Shown: in pieces, positions 19,735-29,510 of the stretch
Layout: each line of letters starts with the position of its first letter
Position numbering within the stretch: position 1 is the stretch's first letter
Assembly (NCBI GenBank): GCA_002898395.1
Contig: BEHE01000001.1
Coordinates: forward strand, 1 to 64,000
Direction of reading: 5' to 3'
Length of the DNA: 64,000 nt
DNA from: Candidatus Calditenuaceae archaeon HR02
Lineage (GTDB): Archaea; Thermoproteota; Nitrososphaeria_A; Caldarchaeales; Calditenuaceae
Made by a program: the position numbers and the translations under genes
The notes under the pieces: generated by a model
The model's database searches: none
Seen by the model: only the letters and a program-made list of their open reading frames with translations
What the model was told of the DNA's origin: nothing

Positions 19735-20045
19735 GTGCTCAGCTTCATCTCAACCGAGACTTCCTCCGGTATTTGTATCCTCATCAACTCTCTCATAACC
19801 CTAGGGTCATTGACAATAAGGTCTATCACCCTCCTATGCATTCTCAACTCCCATTTCCTCCAAGTCTTAGTACCCTCACCACACGGCGACTTCCTCACCG
19901 GAAGCACAAGACGCCTAGTTGGGAGGGGGGTGGGTCCACGCATCTTAGCACCAGTCCTGTCTACAATGTCTTTAATCTCCCTGCAGATCGACTCAAGCTT
20001 CTCCAAGTCCGTCGATGTCAGCTTTATCCTCACGACCTGTTGCAT
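19731..20045 (-). CDS. rps10: 30S ribosomal protein S10
   Basis: GPTPLPTRRL..RKSPCGEGTKTW..WELRMHRRVID. Confidence 0.97.
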   Translation of the reverse strand: MQQVVRIKLTSTDLEKLESICREIKDIVDRTGAKMRGPTPLPTRRLVLPVRKSPCGEGTKTWRKWELRMHRRVIDLIVNDPRVMRELMRIQIPEEVSVEMKLST

Positions 20046-20086
20046 GGGAAACCGGACATGAGATAGCTAAGAGGACTATATTAGCT

Positions 20087-21049
20087 TCAGCCTTGGGGTG
20101 TGAAAGCCCCCAGAATGACGTACTGGAGGACGATTGACAGGTATATTAGAGAGAGGCAGATGAGGGCTGCGATATGCCACCTTATACTTCTGAGATGTGA
20201 GAGGGAACTTGTTAGAATTAAGAAGCTGATGAACTGTGAAGACACTAGAACAATATTTGCTGCAAGAGAGGTGGGAACTACGCTGCCGGGGGAGTAGAAC
20301 CATGTCCAGCCTCTCACCTTCGCTATGAAGAACAGGAACGGGTATAATGACATGGGCAGGATACCCATAGAGACTGCTGCCAACCCTTTCAGAGCCGACC
20401 TGTTAAATGTGACGACGCTGAATATGAAGCTCTTGACACGTCTTAGGGTGTTGTCCTCCTGTTTTCCCAATATCCTTCTTTTTCTTAACTCGTCGTAGAG
20501 GCCTGTTAGGGCTGAGAGGTAGATGTAGATGAAGGCAATCGTCCCAAGCATGTTAAGTAGAGCGCCTCCTAAGTCAAAGTTTCGCCAGTGATAAACGTTG
20601 AGGCCAATTAGGAAGATCTTCCCATTAAGGTATAGAGCCATGTTCAAGAGAGCACTAAGAGAGCCCAGAATCACTGCTATTATGGTTCTATCTAGCGCTG
20701 GACCAAGTATCCAGCTTGGATGAATAACGGTCCTGAATAGGCGGTCAAAAAAGGTCTGCGGATTCTTGACATTCTCCAGAAGAAGCGGGTCACCTGCTTT
20801 CAGCATCTTATAAACTTCTAGCCCTTTCTCGGTGAGATAATAGTTGCGCTTACTATCCTGAGCCACAAACGGCTCAAGCTGTTTAAGGTTGTAGTATAGG
20901 CTACCGGTGCTTATCTGTAGGCTTGCCCTAAGCGCTGATGCACTGACCTTTCCAGCATCGCCGATAGCCAGTATGATTCGACGCCTAGTCCTATGGTTGA
21001 GAAGCCATACTGGGTTATCTTCAGAAGTGTCATTGACAGACGCCACCAA
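20087..21049 (-). CDS. Membrane-anchored transcription regulator (ArsR-like wHTH + multiple TM helices)
   Basis: HRTRRRII...ISTGSLYYNLKQL...YYLTEKG followed by about five to six hydrophobic segments. Confidence 0.75.
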   Translation of the reverse strand: MVASVNDTSEDNPVWLLNHRTRRRIILAIGDAGKVSASALRASLQISTGSLYYNLKQLEPFVAQDSKRNYYLTEKGLEVYKMLKAGDPLLLENVKNPQTFFDRLFRTVIHPSWILGPALDRTIIAVILGSLSALLNMALYLNGKIFLIGLNVYHWRNFDLGGALLNMLGTIAFIYIYLSALTGLYDELRKRRILGKQEDNTLRRVKSFIFSVVTFNRSALKGLAAVSMGILPMSLYPFLFFIAKVRGWTWFYSPGSVVPTSLAANIVLVSSQFISFLILTSSLSHLRSIRWHIAALICLSLIYLSIVLQYVILGAFTPQG

Positions 21050-21253
21050 GGCTTATCTTACTTAATCGGCTTCATGCATTTAAACATTGCAGGTGGCGGC
21101 TCAGATAAATGCCTTGAATACATCAAGATTCCTCGTAACTCTGAGTCTTCATCGCCGCCTAATCATCGGTATTGGGCATCTGCATATAAGGCTAGCATCC
21201 CCCGACACATAGTAAGTTTTAAAGTGGGGGCTACTAATTATCATCTTCAGCGC

Positions 21254-22084
21254 ATGTCTGAGTTATCTGAGTCGCGAATCAAACACGGCGACAGGGTCTT
21301 GATAGTTACGGAGACAGGGCATAGATATTTCCTGACGCTAAGGAAGGGTCAGATCTTCCATACAGCGGATGGCTATTTCGAAACGGACAAGATAGCATCC
21401 CTGATTGAGGGCGGCGAGGTTCGGAGCAACATAGGGAGGCGGGGAGTCGTATTCAGGCCACTGCTGCTAGAGCATCTATTATCACTTCCTAGAAGGACGC
21501 AGATCATCTATCCTAAGGATTTTGGATTTATTCTGGTGCTCTCTGGCATTAGACCAGGCTCTCGGGTTGTTGAGGGAGGGACTGGGAGCGGAGTATTGGC
21601 ACTCCTACTCGCAGCCTATGTGGCACCGAACGGCAAGATATATAGCTACGACATCGATGGAGAGAACTTCCCCGCCATTACGAAGATGGCTGAAAGGCTC
21701 GGTCTTTCAGATGTCCTAGAATTGAAGAAAGGAGACATCTACAGCAGCGTAGAGGAAGTAGACTTAGACGCCTTCATCGTGGACGTCCCACAACCATGGG
21801 ACGCTGTAGACCAAGCTAAGAAGTCCCTCAGGGGCGGAGGCATGTTCGTCTCAATCGTACCGACCGTGGAGCAACTGGTTAAGACGAGCGAAAAGCTTAG
21901 GGGGCGAGGGTTTCTAGAGTATTTCAGCGGAGAGTTGATGATAAGGCCTTGGAGGGTGAGGCAGGGAATGACACGCCCACACCACATATCGAGGGCTCAC
22001 ACCGTCTTCATAATCGCCGCGAGAAAAACAGAGTTTGAGAGCCTCTCTGACTGGACCCTAAAACTACCGGATGGTCTCAGGTGA
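21254..22084 (+). CDS. trmI: tRNA (adenine-N1)-methyltransferase
   Basis: RRTQIIYPKD, VEGGTGSG, DVPQPW, PTVEQ, HTVFI; start moved to ATG 21254. Confidence 0.93.
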   Translation: MSELSESRIKHGDRVLIVTETGHRYFLTLRKGQIFHTADGYFETDKIASLIEGGEVRSNIGRRGVVFRPLLLEHLLSLPRRTQIIYPKDFGFILVLSGIRPGSRVVEGGTGSGVLALLLAAYVAPNGKIYSYDIDGENFPAITKMAERLGLSDVLELKKGDIYSSVEEVDLDAFIVDVPQPWDAVDQAKKSLRGGGMFVSIVPTVEQLVKTSEKLRGRGFLEYFSGELMIRPWRVRQGMTRPHHISRAHTVFIIAARKTEFESLSDWTLKLPDGLR

Positions 22085-22708
22085 GTGGGCTTTATGTTCT
22101 TCTTCAAGGGAGGATAAATAGTGTATAAGCTTGGATGCCGCGTCGTCTACGTGCTGGAATGGATATGCCTCTGGGTATCGGAAAGACAATTTAACAAAGT
22201 AGCTTGAAGAGTAGGTAGATGATGCGATTGCATAGGCTATGCTGACTCTCTGGTGTTCTTCAATCTCTTCTATTGTCTCGCCCTCCCTTTTCCGGATACC
22301 AGCTACGTTATCCTTAAGCCTTCTCGCCAAAATGTCCTCAGGTCTAAACTCTAAGAATATTATAGCCCTCGGCCTTATCCGCTGCGTCACGTTGGGGGGT
22401 AATCCTGGGTAATATCCCTTCGGAGTCTTAACGGCTGCATGCGTATCTACGATGACTCTACCGTTTATCCCACCTATCTTCTCGGCCGCCTTCTCCTGCA
22501 GCATTATGTAGGACTCGGAATCCATGAGCTTCCTCATGTCGTCTCTACTCCTTATCCCAACTTTGCGCGCCTCTTCAAACATGACATCTCCAAAATTCAC
22601 AATGGATAAGTTCTCCACATTCTCGGAAACCCTCTTAAGTATGGTGGACTTTCCCGCCCCTGGAACTGCGATCAAAATGACTCTATACATGTCATCACAT
22701 TTTAACAC
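22064..22708 (-). CDS. adkA: Archaeal adenylate kinase
   Basis: AVPGAGKST, NFGDVM, RDDMRK, DTHA-GYYPGLP. Confidence 0.93.
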   Translation of the reverse strand: MLKCDDMYRVILIAVPGAGKSTILKRVSENVENLSIVNFGDVMFEEARKVGIRSRDDMRKLMDSESYIMLQEKAAEKIGGINGRVIVDTHAAVKTPKGYYPGLPPNVTQRIRPRAIIFLEFRPEDILARRLKDNVAGIRKREGETIEEIEEHQRVSIAYAIASSTYSSSYFVKLSFRYPEAYPFQHVDDAASKLIHYLSSLEEEHKAHSPETIR

Positions 22709-22727
22709 GCGTTACTCGATAATTTAT

Positions 22728-22952
22728 CTATAGTGCCGATTTCAGGACTATCTTTGCAGCCTTCTCTACATCCTCCTTCTTCACCGTACGCCTGCCCGCG
22801 TGCTGTGCAAGCTCTATGGCCTGGGATGCGACCCTCATCCCTATTTCCTCCAATATTTTCCGAAGCTCCTCAACCGCCTCCTCGCTGACCCGCGCTGCAC
22901 CCGCCTTCCTTAAAATCCTGTGTAATGGCGCATTTGAGAGCTCGGACATCAA
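22728..22952 (-). CDS. Archaeal histone (HMf-like)
   Basis: ELSNAPLHRILRKAGAARVS...HAGRRTVKKED histone-fold motifs. Confidence 0.95.
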   Translation of the reverse strand: MMSELSNAPLHRILRKAGAARVSEEAVEELRKILEEIGMRVASQAIELAQHAGRRTVKKEDVEKAAKIVLKSAL

Positions 22953-23098
22953 GTTGTTGATATGTGCGGCAGGATATATATGCCCGCCGACAGGATACCA
23001 GGAAATACTTTAAGAAATACACTTGTATGTCTCTGGATGGGGCTTTTTCGAGCCGCGATGAAACTTTATAAGAGCGTGATAAAAAGGTGTAAACGGCA

Positions 23099-23959
23099 TT
23101 GGCGTTATTGAATAGGGTCGTATGCCCGCATTGCAAGAGGCTGACCCTGAGGGGCAAATATTGTATGAACTGTGGAAAGGAGCTTCCCACCGAGTTAGCC
23201 CTTGAGACGCCGATCCAGCAGCCATCACCTCCGCAGCAGGCCGAAGAGCTGACACCCACCGGCCCTCCCGCCACCCCCCAGGCGTCGCAGACCCTGACGC
23301 AGCCGGTTCCAGAGGCTCCGGCTGCCGAGGATGTGGCCGAGGAGCGGAAGCTTGTAGAACAGCTCTCCAAGCTGCACACCTGGTCTCTGAAGCTTATTGA
23401 TCTATTGTTGGCCGGTGAAGTTCCGATAACAGTCTTCAGGGAGCTATACGATGAGTACCGCTCCAGGATCAGCACCTTAGACCAGAAGCGGGTTGACACC
23501 ATGAACAGGATTAGCGAGAGGATAAAGGAGCTGACACAGAAGTCCGAGTCTCTCAAGATTAGGCACGAAGTCAATGAGATAAGTGACCGCGATTATATCA
23601 GACAGAAGATTGAGCTTGACAAGGAGCTCACAAGGTTAAGGCCGAAGCTCTCGATACTCCAGAACCCATTGGAGATAAGGCTTGCGGACATCCCCTCCTT
23701 CACTGAAAGCCTCGCTAACAAGATCCAGAGCGTTAAGAGTAATGGAGAAAATATAGGCCTCGACAAGGACACTATATCGATGATTGTTACTGACCTGCAG
23801 TCGTTGTTGGACGCCTGTCAAGGCCTCGTCAAGCAGCACGAAAAGATACAGCACGAGATCAAGAAGCTCGAGACAAGGTATAAGATTGGGGAGCTCAAGC
23901 AGGATGAGTATCTCGCTCAGCGGCAGAGGCTTGAGCGGCAGCTGGAGCTTACGTTCTAA
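23099..23959 (+). CDS. Zinc-ribbon + Pro/Gln linker + CdvA-like coiled-coil protein
   Basis: CPHC...CMNC; PPQQ/PPAT linker; three GE[I/V/L]-type helical hairpin turns (LLAGEVP, HEVNEIS, YKIGELK) within coiled coils. Confidence 0.75.
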   Translation: MALLNRVVCPHCKRLTLRGKYCMNCGKELPTELALETPIQQPSPPQQAEELTPTGPPATPQASQTLTQPVPEAPAAEDVAEERKLVEQLSKLHTWSLKLIDLLLAGEVPITVFRELYDEYRSRISTLDQKRVDTMNRISERIKELTQKSESLKIRHEVNEISDRDYIRQKIELDKELTRLRPKLSILQNPLEIRLADIPSFTESLANKIQSVKSNGENIGLDKDTISMIVTDLQSLLDACQGLVKQHEKIQHEIKKLETRYKIGELKQDEYLAQRQRLERQLELTF

Positions 23960-24037
23960 AGCCTGCGGCGGTTTATCCATATTTTCGGCGCCACCTGCTA
24001 AACTTTAACAATTCCCTCCTTCCAACTTTTCTTAGGC

Positions 24038-25321
24038 TTGTTCGAGGAGGATTATAAGCGTCGATTCGTCTTTGGCTGCGATTTTGGGACAAGCGACTAC
24101 AAGTATGGGCCGATAAGTCTTGGCGAGAGGCCGCGTGTCATGGAGAATCGGGGGTATTTCCCGGAGAAGAGCATGGTTGCGGAGCTGTTGGGTGGAGAGA
24201 GGGAGGTTGTAGTGGGTGATGAGGTGACACATTTCCTAGGCAGCGGTCAAGACCTGACGAGTAGGCTAGTATACCCGATGCGTGACGGGATTATAGGTGC
24301 TGGAGATGAGAAGAGCTGGAAGGTTATTAGAGAGCTTCTGTTGAAGTCTCTGGGCGAGTTTAAGCCTGGCGGGTTTGGCTTTAGGGGCTACTATGTCGTC
24401 GCATCTCTCTCTGCGGTGGCACCCCTCTACATGTATGAGAAGCTGTTCAGCTATCTTGAGGATATGGCGGGGGAGGGGCTGGTCCACTCCTCGACGCTTA
24501 TTCCCCAGCCACTGGCCGTCGCCATCGCACATAAGCAGACCTCCTGTGTAGTTGTCGAGAGCGGACATGGAAATACCCAGGTAGCACCCATATCCAAGGC
24601 GCCGATAAGGGGTGCGATCGTTGCTTTGAATAGGGGTGGGAGTGAGGCTAACATGATAACGGCCGAAATCTTGAAGGACACGGGCTACGGCGACCTCGCC
24701 AAGGAGGAGAAGGTTGTTAGACTCGTCAAGGAGAGGCTGGGGCTCCTGCCACTGGACCTAGATAGGGCTATTAGTTTTGCGCGAAGTAACAAGGATGCTG
24801 TCCGCGGAACCTACCACATCGGGGGGACCAGGATTAGGATAGACTTGGGCGACTATTCTTGGGCCAGGTTCCTCATAGGTGAGATCGTCTTTAATCCCGG
24901 CCATGAGGTGTTTCAGAGCTATTATAGGCGCGGGATGCCGAGGCCCTCCGACATACGGATCGGCGATACAGTCTTCTATGGAATGATGGATATGGCTGAA
25001 ACAGTAATCAGCGCGGTGGAGAAGTGCCCGGTTGAGCTCCAGCCCCTCCTCTATGGACAGATCATACTCTCGGGAGGGAACTTCTGCTGGACAGCCCCTG
25101 CCAGCCTCAAGGGCGTGGCATGCGACTCTCAGACAAAGCTCCACCACATGCTTCGGGAGAAGGGGATTGAGAAAGCGTCTGTCATCTTGAGCCCTGAGCC
25201 CCAGTTCGCCGTCTGGAGGGGGTGTATCGTTTATGGCTATGCCCTACCTCACAGCTATGAGTGGAGCTGGGAGCGGATGGAGGGGTGGCTACATCACAGG
25301 GGGCAATCAGCGACATCATAG
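24038..25321 (+). CDS. Crenactin (archaeal actin)
   Basis: Phosphate-1 DFGTS, YPMRDGII, PQPLAVA, phosphate-2 ESGHGNTQVAPI, LSGG, AVWRG. Confidence 0.92.
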   Translation: MFEEDYKRRFVFGCDFGTSDYKYGPISLGERPRVMENRGYFPEKSMVAELLGGEREVVVGDEVTHFLGSGQDLTSRLVYPMRDGIIGAGDEKSWKVIRELLLKSLGEFKPGGFGFRGYYVVASLSAVAPLYMYEKLFSYLEDMAGEGLVHSSTLIPQPLAVAIAHKQTSCVVVESGHGNTQVAPISKAPIRGAIVALNRGGSEANMITAEILKDTGYGDLAKEEKVVRLVKERLGLLPLDLDRAISFARSNKDAVRGTYHIGGTRIRIDLGDYSWARFLIGEIVFNPGHEVFQSYYRRGMPRPSDIRIGDTVFYGMMDMAETVISAVEKCPVELQPLLYGQIILSGGNFCWTAPASLKGVACDSQTKLHHMLREKGIEKASVILSPEPQFAVWRGCIVYGYALPHSYEWSWERMEGWLHHRGQSATS

Positions 25322-26064
25322 ACTACTTTGAAACCATCCATAACCTCTTCCACTTTTTTAATCAATATGCCCCGAACCTCAGCCGTGTTTGCCACGTGAG
25401 TCCCCCCGCATGGTATCGCGTTTACCCCATCAATCACGATGACCCGGTATGTCTCCAGCTCGGGAAGCCTCGCGAGGTTAGGCGCACCTCGGACAGTCTT
25501 CAGCAGCTCCTGCCTAGGGACCCAGACAGGATATACCCGCTTAGAGGCTTTGACTACCACGTTAGAGATTCGCTCGAGGGAGGCCAAGTCTATTCCACCG
25601 ACCCTACCGATGTATTCTACAAAGCTTTCAGGGGGGCCGTGGAATGCTCTCGAGGAGAGCAGGTCCCTCCCCAATAACTCCACCACCGCGTAGTCTACTA
25701 TGTGGCCTGCTGTGTGAAGCCTCATGACCCTGTACCTTTCCTCCCATGCTATCATCATAGAGACCTTCTCACCCTCCCTTGGCGTTCCCTCCTTTATGTC
25801 GCCATAGTGTACCACTACTCCCGAGTGTTCTAATACTTTCTTCACTACTGCTTTAAAGTTCGCAGACTCTAGGGTTCCGGTGTCTGAGGGCTGAGCTCCA
25901 CCCTTTGGATGCATTATCGTATCGGTGGTCACGAAGTATCCACTCCTTCTCGTCTCCGGGACATACCGGAGGAGTGTTGTCTCAACTGTCCCTAGGTAGG
26001 AGTCGTTTAGATAGAGCTTATTTGTTGGCTGCAGTCCCGCAGTTATTGACGATAGACTCACCAT
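25294..26064 (-). CDS. alaXM: Alanyl-tRNA editing protein AlaX-M
   Basis: HPKGGAQPSDTG, RLHTAGH, PCGGTHVANT. Confidence 0.92.
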   Translation of the reverse strand: MVSLSSITAGLQPTNKLYLNDSYLGTVETTLLRYVPETRRSGYFVTTDTIMHPKGGAQPSDTGTLESANFKAVVKKVLEHSGVVVHYGDIKEGTPREGEKVSMMIAWEERYRVMRLHTAGHIVDYAVVELLGRDLLSSRAFHGPPESFVEYIGRVGGIDLASLERISNVVVKASKRVYPVWVPRQELLKTVRGAPNLARLPELETYRVIVIDGVNAIPCGGTHVANTAEVRGILIKKVEEVMDGFKVVYDVADCPL

Positions 26065-26124
26065 TTTTGGAAGCCATAGTATTATGGTGGGCTTTAAACT
26101 ATTCCAAGCCCCTCAAGCACCACT

Positions 26125-27258
26125 TCACGTTCCCATGACCTCCATGTAAACACCGCTAGGCGAGGTCTTTAACCCTCTAAGCAACCACTCAGCACTTAAA
26201 ACAGCTCCTCCCGAGGCCTTTCTCAGCCTATTCTTGAGAGCTAATCCAATTCCCTTCTCTTCCTGCCACCCCTCAGCTACTATGACATCTACACCTTCGT
26301 CATCCATCTCCCTCAGAGACTTGAAGAGCTGTCTCGCCGCCTCGAGGGGATTGGACCTACTCCCTAAGTCGCGAACCACATTCGCACGGTAACGATATCC
26401 GTCACTGCTTAAGACGCCGACCCTGATTCCGCGGGACATCAACAGGTCCGCCAGGCCCGCAACGGCACTGCGAACCACTTCCAGCTCGCCCTCGACCACT
26501 ATTAGCCTTGCTGTAGGGGCGTAGTGTCTATATTTCATGCCTGGAGAGCGGGGTGCCTCCCCTCCGTGGAGAAGCAAGCCCAAGGCTGAAGGGTGAACCT
26601 CAACCTCCCCGATGGCGGCCTCTATCTCCTCCCTCGAGACGCCGCCTGGCCTGAGTATAGCCGGCTTCTCAGAAGTTAGATCGATAACAGTGGACTCGAC
26701 GCCAATGTCGGTCGGCCCAGCGTCAAGTATGAGGTCGATCTCGTCTCCGAGATCCTGGATGACGTGGGTAGCCAGTGTGGGGCTTGGTTTTCCCGACTTG
26801 TTCGCACTGGGTGCGGCTATAGGTCTCCCCGCAGCCTCAATAAGTCTGAGAGCAACGTTGTGGCGCGGCATTCTGACAGCCGCCGTGTCGAGCCCAGCTA
26901 CAGTGGCATCGGGGACGCGAGCCGACCTCTTTACGACGAGCGTTAGTGGGCCTGGCCAGAACCGCTTGGCAAGCTTCTCAGCCCTCCAGTCAAGCTCTTC
27001 AGCCACCGAATATAAGTCCTCGAAACTCGCAATGTGTATTATGAGTGGGTTATCCGGGGGTCTCCCCTTAACCCTGAAGACCCTCTCGACCGCGCTCGGG
27101 TTAAGAGCGTCGGCGCCTAGACCATATACAGTCTCTGTTGGAAACGCGACGAGTCCACCCATCCTTATAACCTCGGCCGCACGGCTTATTGCTGCAGGGT
27201 CTGGGGCCTCCTTGTCAACGCGATATACCCGAGCCATCACCGGCCAACTAATGGGCAC
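26125..27258 (-). CDS. sua5: L-threonylcarbamoyladenylate synthase Sua5
   Basis: PTETVYGL, KGRP-DNPLI, APSAN, ESTV, PGMKYRHYAP, C-terminal SUA5 domain. Confidence 0.95.
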   Translation of the reverse strand: MPISWPVMARVYRVDKEAPDPAAISRAAEVIRMGGLVAFPTETVYGLGADALNPSAVERVFRVKGRPPDNPLIIHIASFEDLYSVAEELDWRAEKLAKRFWPGPLTLVVKRSARVPDATVAGLDTAAVRMPRHNVALRLIEAAGRPIAAPSANKSGKPSPTLATHVIQDLGDEIDLILDAGPTDIGVESTVIDLTSEKPAILRPGGVSREEIEAAIGEVEVHPSALGLLLHGGEAPRSPGMKYRHYAPTARLIVVEGELEVVRSAVAGLADLLMSRGIRVGVLSSDGYRYRANVVRDLGSRSNPLEAARQLFKSLREMDDEGVDVIVAEGWQEEKGIGLALKNRLRKASGGAVLSAEWLLRGLKTSPSGVYMEVMGT

Positions 27259-27274
27259 GGGTCGCTAAAAAGTG

Positions 27275-27847
27275 TCACATAGGCATCTTGATAAACTTGG
27301 GGGCATCAGACATTAGTAACGACTGGATCTCGCCTCTGAGCCTCTCGATATTGATGCAATAATACTGCTCATGTTCCCATCGGTTTAGATGTTTAAGAGC
27401 GGCCTCAAGTAATCTGAAATAAATGGCTGTTTGCCCTTTCTGTGCGTGCACAAAGGCCGCGGCGGTTTTGATTAAGCCATACAAGAGCTCCCTCTCGGCA
27501 CCTTTCTTACCCCGCCAGACGTTTTCAAGGACCTCATGAGCCTCCCAGTACCTCTCATCATTGAACAGCTCGGCCGCATATTGTACCAGCCTGTCGTCCG
27601 GGGCAGCTCGGGGCTCTACTATTTCCCTAAAATACTCGATGGGGGCCCACTCTGCGAGCGCAGAGACAACCGAATTGACGTCACTAGTTAATACGTCAAC
27701 TTCCACACGCCTCCTACCAATCCGCACATCTACGAGGCGGCCCGGTATATTGGCTAAAATGCTTTTAGCCCTTTCGAGGAGTTCTCTATGAAGCTCAGGC
27801 GACGCTTCCAATCCTTGCATCCCCAGCGCGACAATCACTCTCGCCAC
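27275..27847 (-). CDS. DUF309 domain protein
   Basis: LFNDERYWEAHEVLENVW...GLIKTAAAFVH; start placed at GTG 27847. Confidence 0.85.
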   Translation of the reverse strand: MARVIVALGMQGLEASPELHRELLERAKSILANIPGRLVDVRIGRRRVEVDVLTSDVNSVVSALAEWAPIEYFREIVEPRAAPDDRLVQYAAELFNDERYWEAHEVLENVWRGKKGAERELLYGLIKTAAAFVHAQKGQTAIYFRLLEAALKHLNRWEHEQYYCINIERLRGEIQSLLMSDAPKFIKMPM

Positions 27848-27899
27848 GTCGTAGATAACCTCTTTAAGTCGGTATATAAGGGGACTTAGGAGACGCGAC

Positions 27900-29510
27900 A
27901 TGAAGAATGGTCTGCCAGCGATGATTCTCATTTTCGCAGCCATTCTATTCCTTGTCCCGTCGGTTAGTTGGGCGCAAAGCCAGGGTGAGGGCGTTTTAGT
28001 GGAGCGGTATGTCTCGATCTCGCCCTATGGACTCGTGTACGTATGGGATAGCCTCAAAAAAGTTCCTCCAGGTAGAAGCTTCGAGCTGGGAATACCCGGC
28101 TCGATATACCCTAATCTGAAACACCTTGATGTCTCCGGCGCAACACTCTCCGGGCAAGAGTTAAGAGATGGTCAGCACTATTACAAACTAGTCGCGGAAT
28201 CGGAGGAAGTCGTAATAAGGCATATCTACAGCGGCTTAGTCGCAGGCCGGGGCGGAGACTCATACATGATCAAAGCCCCTTCCACACCTTTCTTCATAGG
28301 GGTCAACTATTCCTCTAACATTTTCATCCAGCTACCCAACGGAGCGCAAGTCCAGGACGTCCCCCCAGGATTCACGCTCAACGAGACGACGCTGATCCAG
28401 AGAGCCGCTAAACATGCTACACTGGAGCCCCAAACAGTTTCCTTCAGCTTCACCTCGACGGCTGTCCAGCTGATGGTTGCAGAAAGGCTCACACTAGTAT
28501 ATGACTTGGATTCCATGATTGTCACGATATGGGTGCGTGTGCGGAATGAAGATTACAAAAGCATAACCACCCTCTCTCTAAACCTTGTGTCGGGACTTCA
28601 AGCCGTCGAGGCGGGAGACTATTCAGGCAGAATAGACTATAGGGCGCGAGGAGATACCGTGACGGTCAACTTCTATCCCAGCAGGTTCGAGGTCCAGAGG
28701 GGGTGGAGATACGAGTTCTATGTTAAGGCAAAGATTAGCGAAGGCGCTGACACCGCTAGGCTATCTAGGGGTGTGGTCTCTTTAAAGACATTCCTACCAC
28801 TAAATGCGACGGTAGAAAACTATAACATCGAGGTGATTCTTCCAAAAACTCAAGCGCCAGCCTCCCCTAACTATTTCGCAGAGATATACAAGGACAATGC
28901 AGGGCGAGTCGTCGCTAGATTCGAGGACTCGATGACCAACCCATACAAGCCTGAAAAACTCATGTTTGAGACAATCCGTGAAGGGGCGCCTCCAATCATA
29001 CCTCAGGCATTAATCCTTGCAATTCTGTTTTTAGGCGTACTAGGCTTCATAGTTTACACCAACACGGCACGCGTCAAGAGACAAAAGCCCGTCCCCTCTT
29101 TAGACTACTCTACGGCCCAGAAACTGATACGCGAGTTCACAGAGCTTAAGGACGTCCTAGAGGAGCTAGACAGCGTCGTGAGCCTAGGGAGAAGAGACAT
29201 TAGACATGTCCAGCTTCAGCCCAGCATATCTAGGCTTAAGTCCCGCTATGACTCGCTGCTTGAATCGCTAGGAGGGCTAAAAGGCGAGGAATGGGTCACC
29301 CGCATATCTAGGAATTTGCAGCAAGGGATGGTGCGTGTGAACGAGGCGTTAAAGTTGTTGAGCAGAAGTTACAGCGATTTACAGAGAGGGGAGCTCAGTA
29401 GGGAGAGCTATCTAAAGATCTATAGGGCCTTGAGAGGTGATATCAGGGAGTTTATATCCAGAATCTCTGAGTCCGAGGATGATGTAAGAAGGCTATTGGA
29501 GAAGAGATAG
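27900..29510 (+). CDS. Ribophorin I / Ost1-like single-pass membrane protein
   Basis: Signal peptide, two beta-rich extracellular domains, one TM, helical cytoplasmic tail; motifs GDYSGRI, PSRFEVQRGWRYEF, NIEVILPK. Confidence 0.65.
   Translation: MKNGLPAMILIFAAILFLVPSVSWAQSQGEGVLVERYVSISPYGLVYVWDSLKKVPPGRSFELGIPGSIYPNLKHLDVSGATLSGQELRDGQHYYKLVAESEEVVIRHIYSGLVAGRGGDSYMIKAPSTPFFIGVNYSSNIFIQLPNGAQVQDVPPGFTLNETTLIQRAAKHATLEPQTVSFSFTSTAVQLMVAERLTLVYDLDSMIVTIWVRVRNEDYKSITTLSLNLVSGLQAVEAGDYSGRIDYRARGDTVTVNFYPSRFEVQRGWRYEFYVKAKISEGADTARLSRGVVSLKTFLPLNATVENYNIEVILPKTQAPASPNYFAEIYKDNAGRVVARFEDSMTNPYKPEKLMFETIREGAPPIIPQALILAILFLGVLGFIVYTNTARVKRQKPVPSLDYSTAQKLIREFTELKDVLEELDSVVSLGRRDIRHVQLQPSISRLKSRYDSLLESLGGLKGEEWVTRISRNLQQGMVRVNEALKLLSRSYSDLQRGELSRESYLKIYRALRGDIREFISRISESEDDVRRLLEKR

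Noticed and set aside
20993-21253. Long N-terminal extension of TrmI
   Set aside because: Overlaps the divergent gene and promoter region; ATG 21254 matches the family start
22870-23574. 234-aa minus-strand ORF
   Set aside because: Antisense shadow of the Zn-ribbon/coiled-coil gene; Ser-rich with no motifs
26612-27268. Long antisense ORFs (also 10709-11341, 29947-30564, 54500-55060 and others)
   Set aside because: Opposite well-supported genes; typical stop-poor antisense frames
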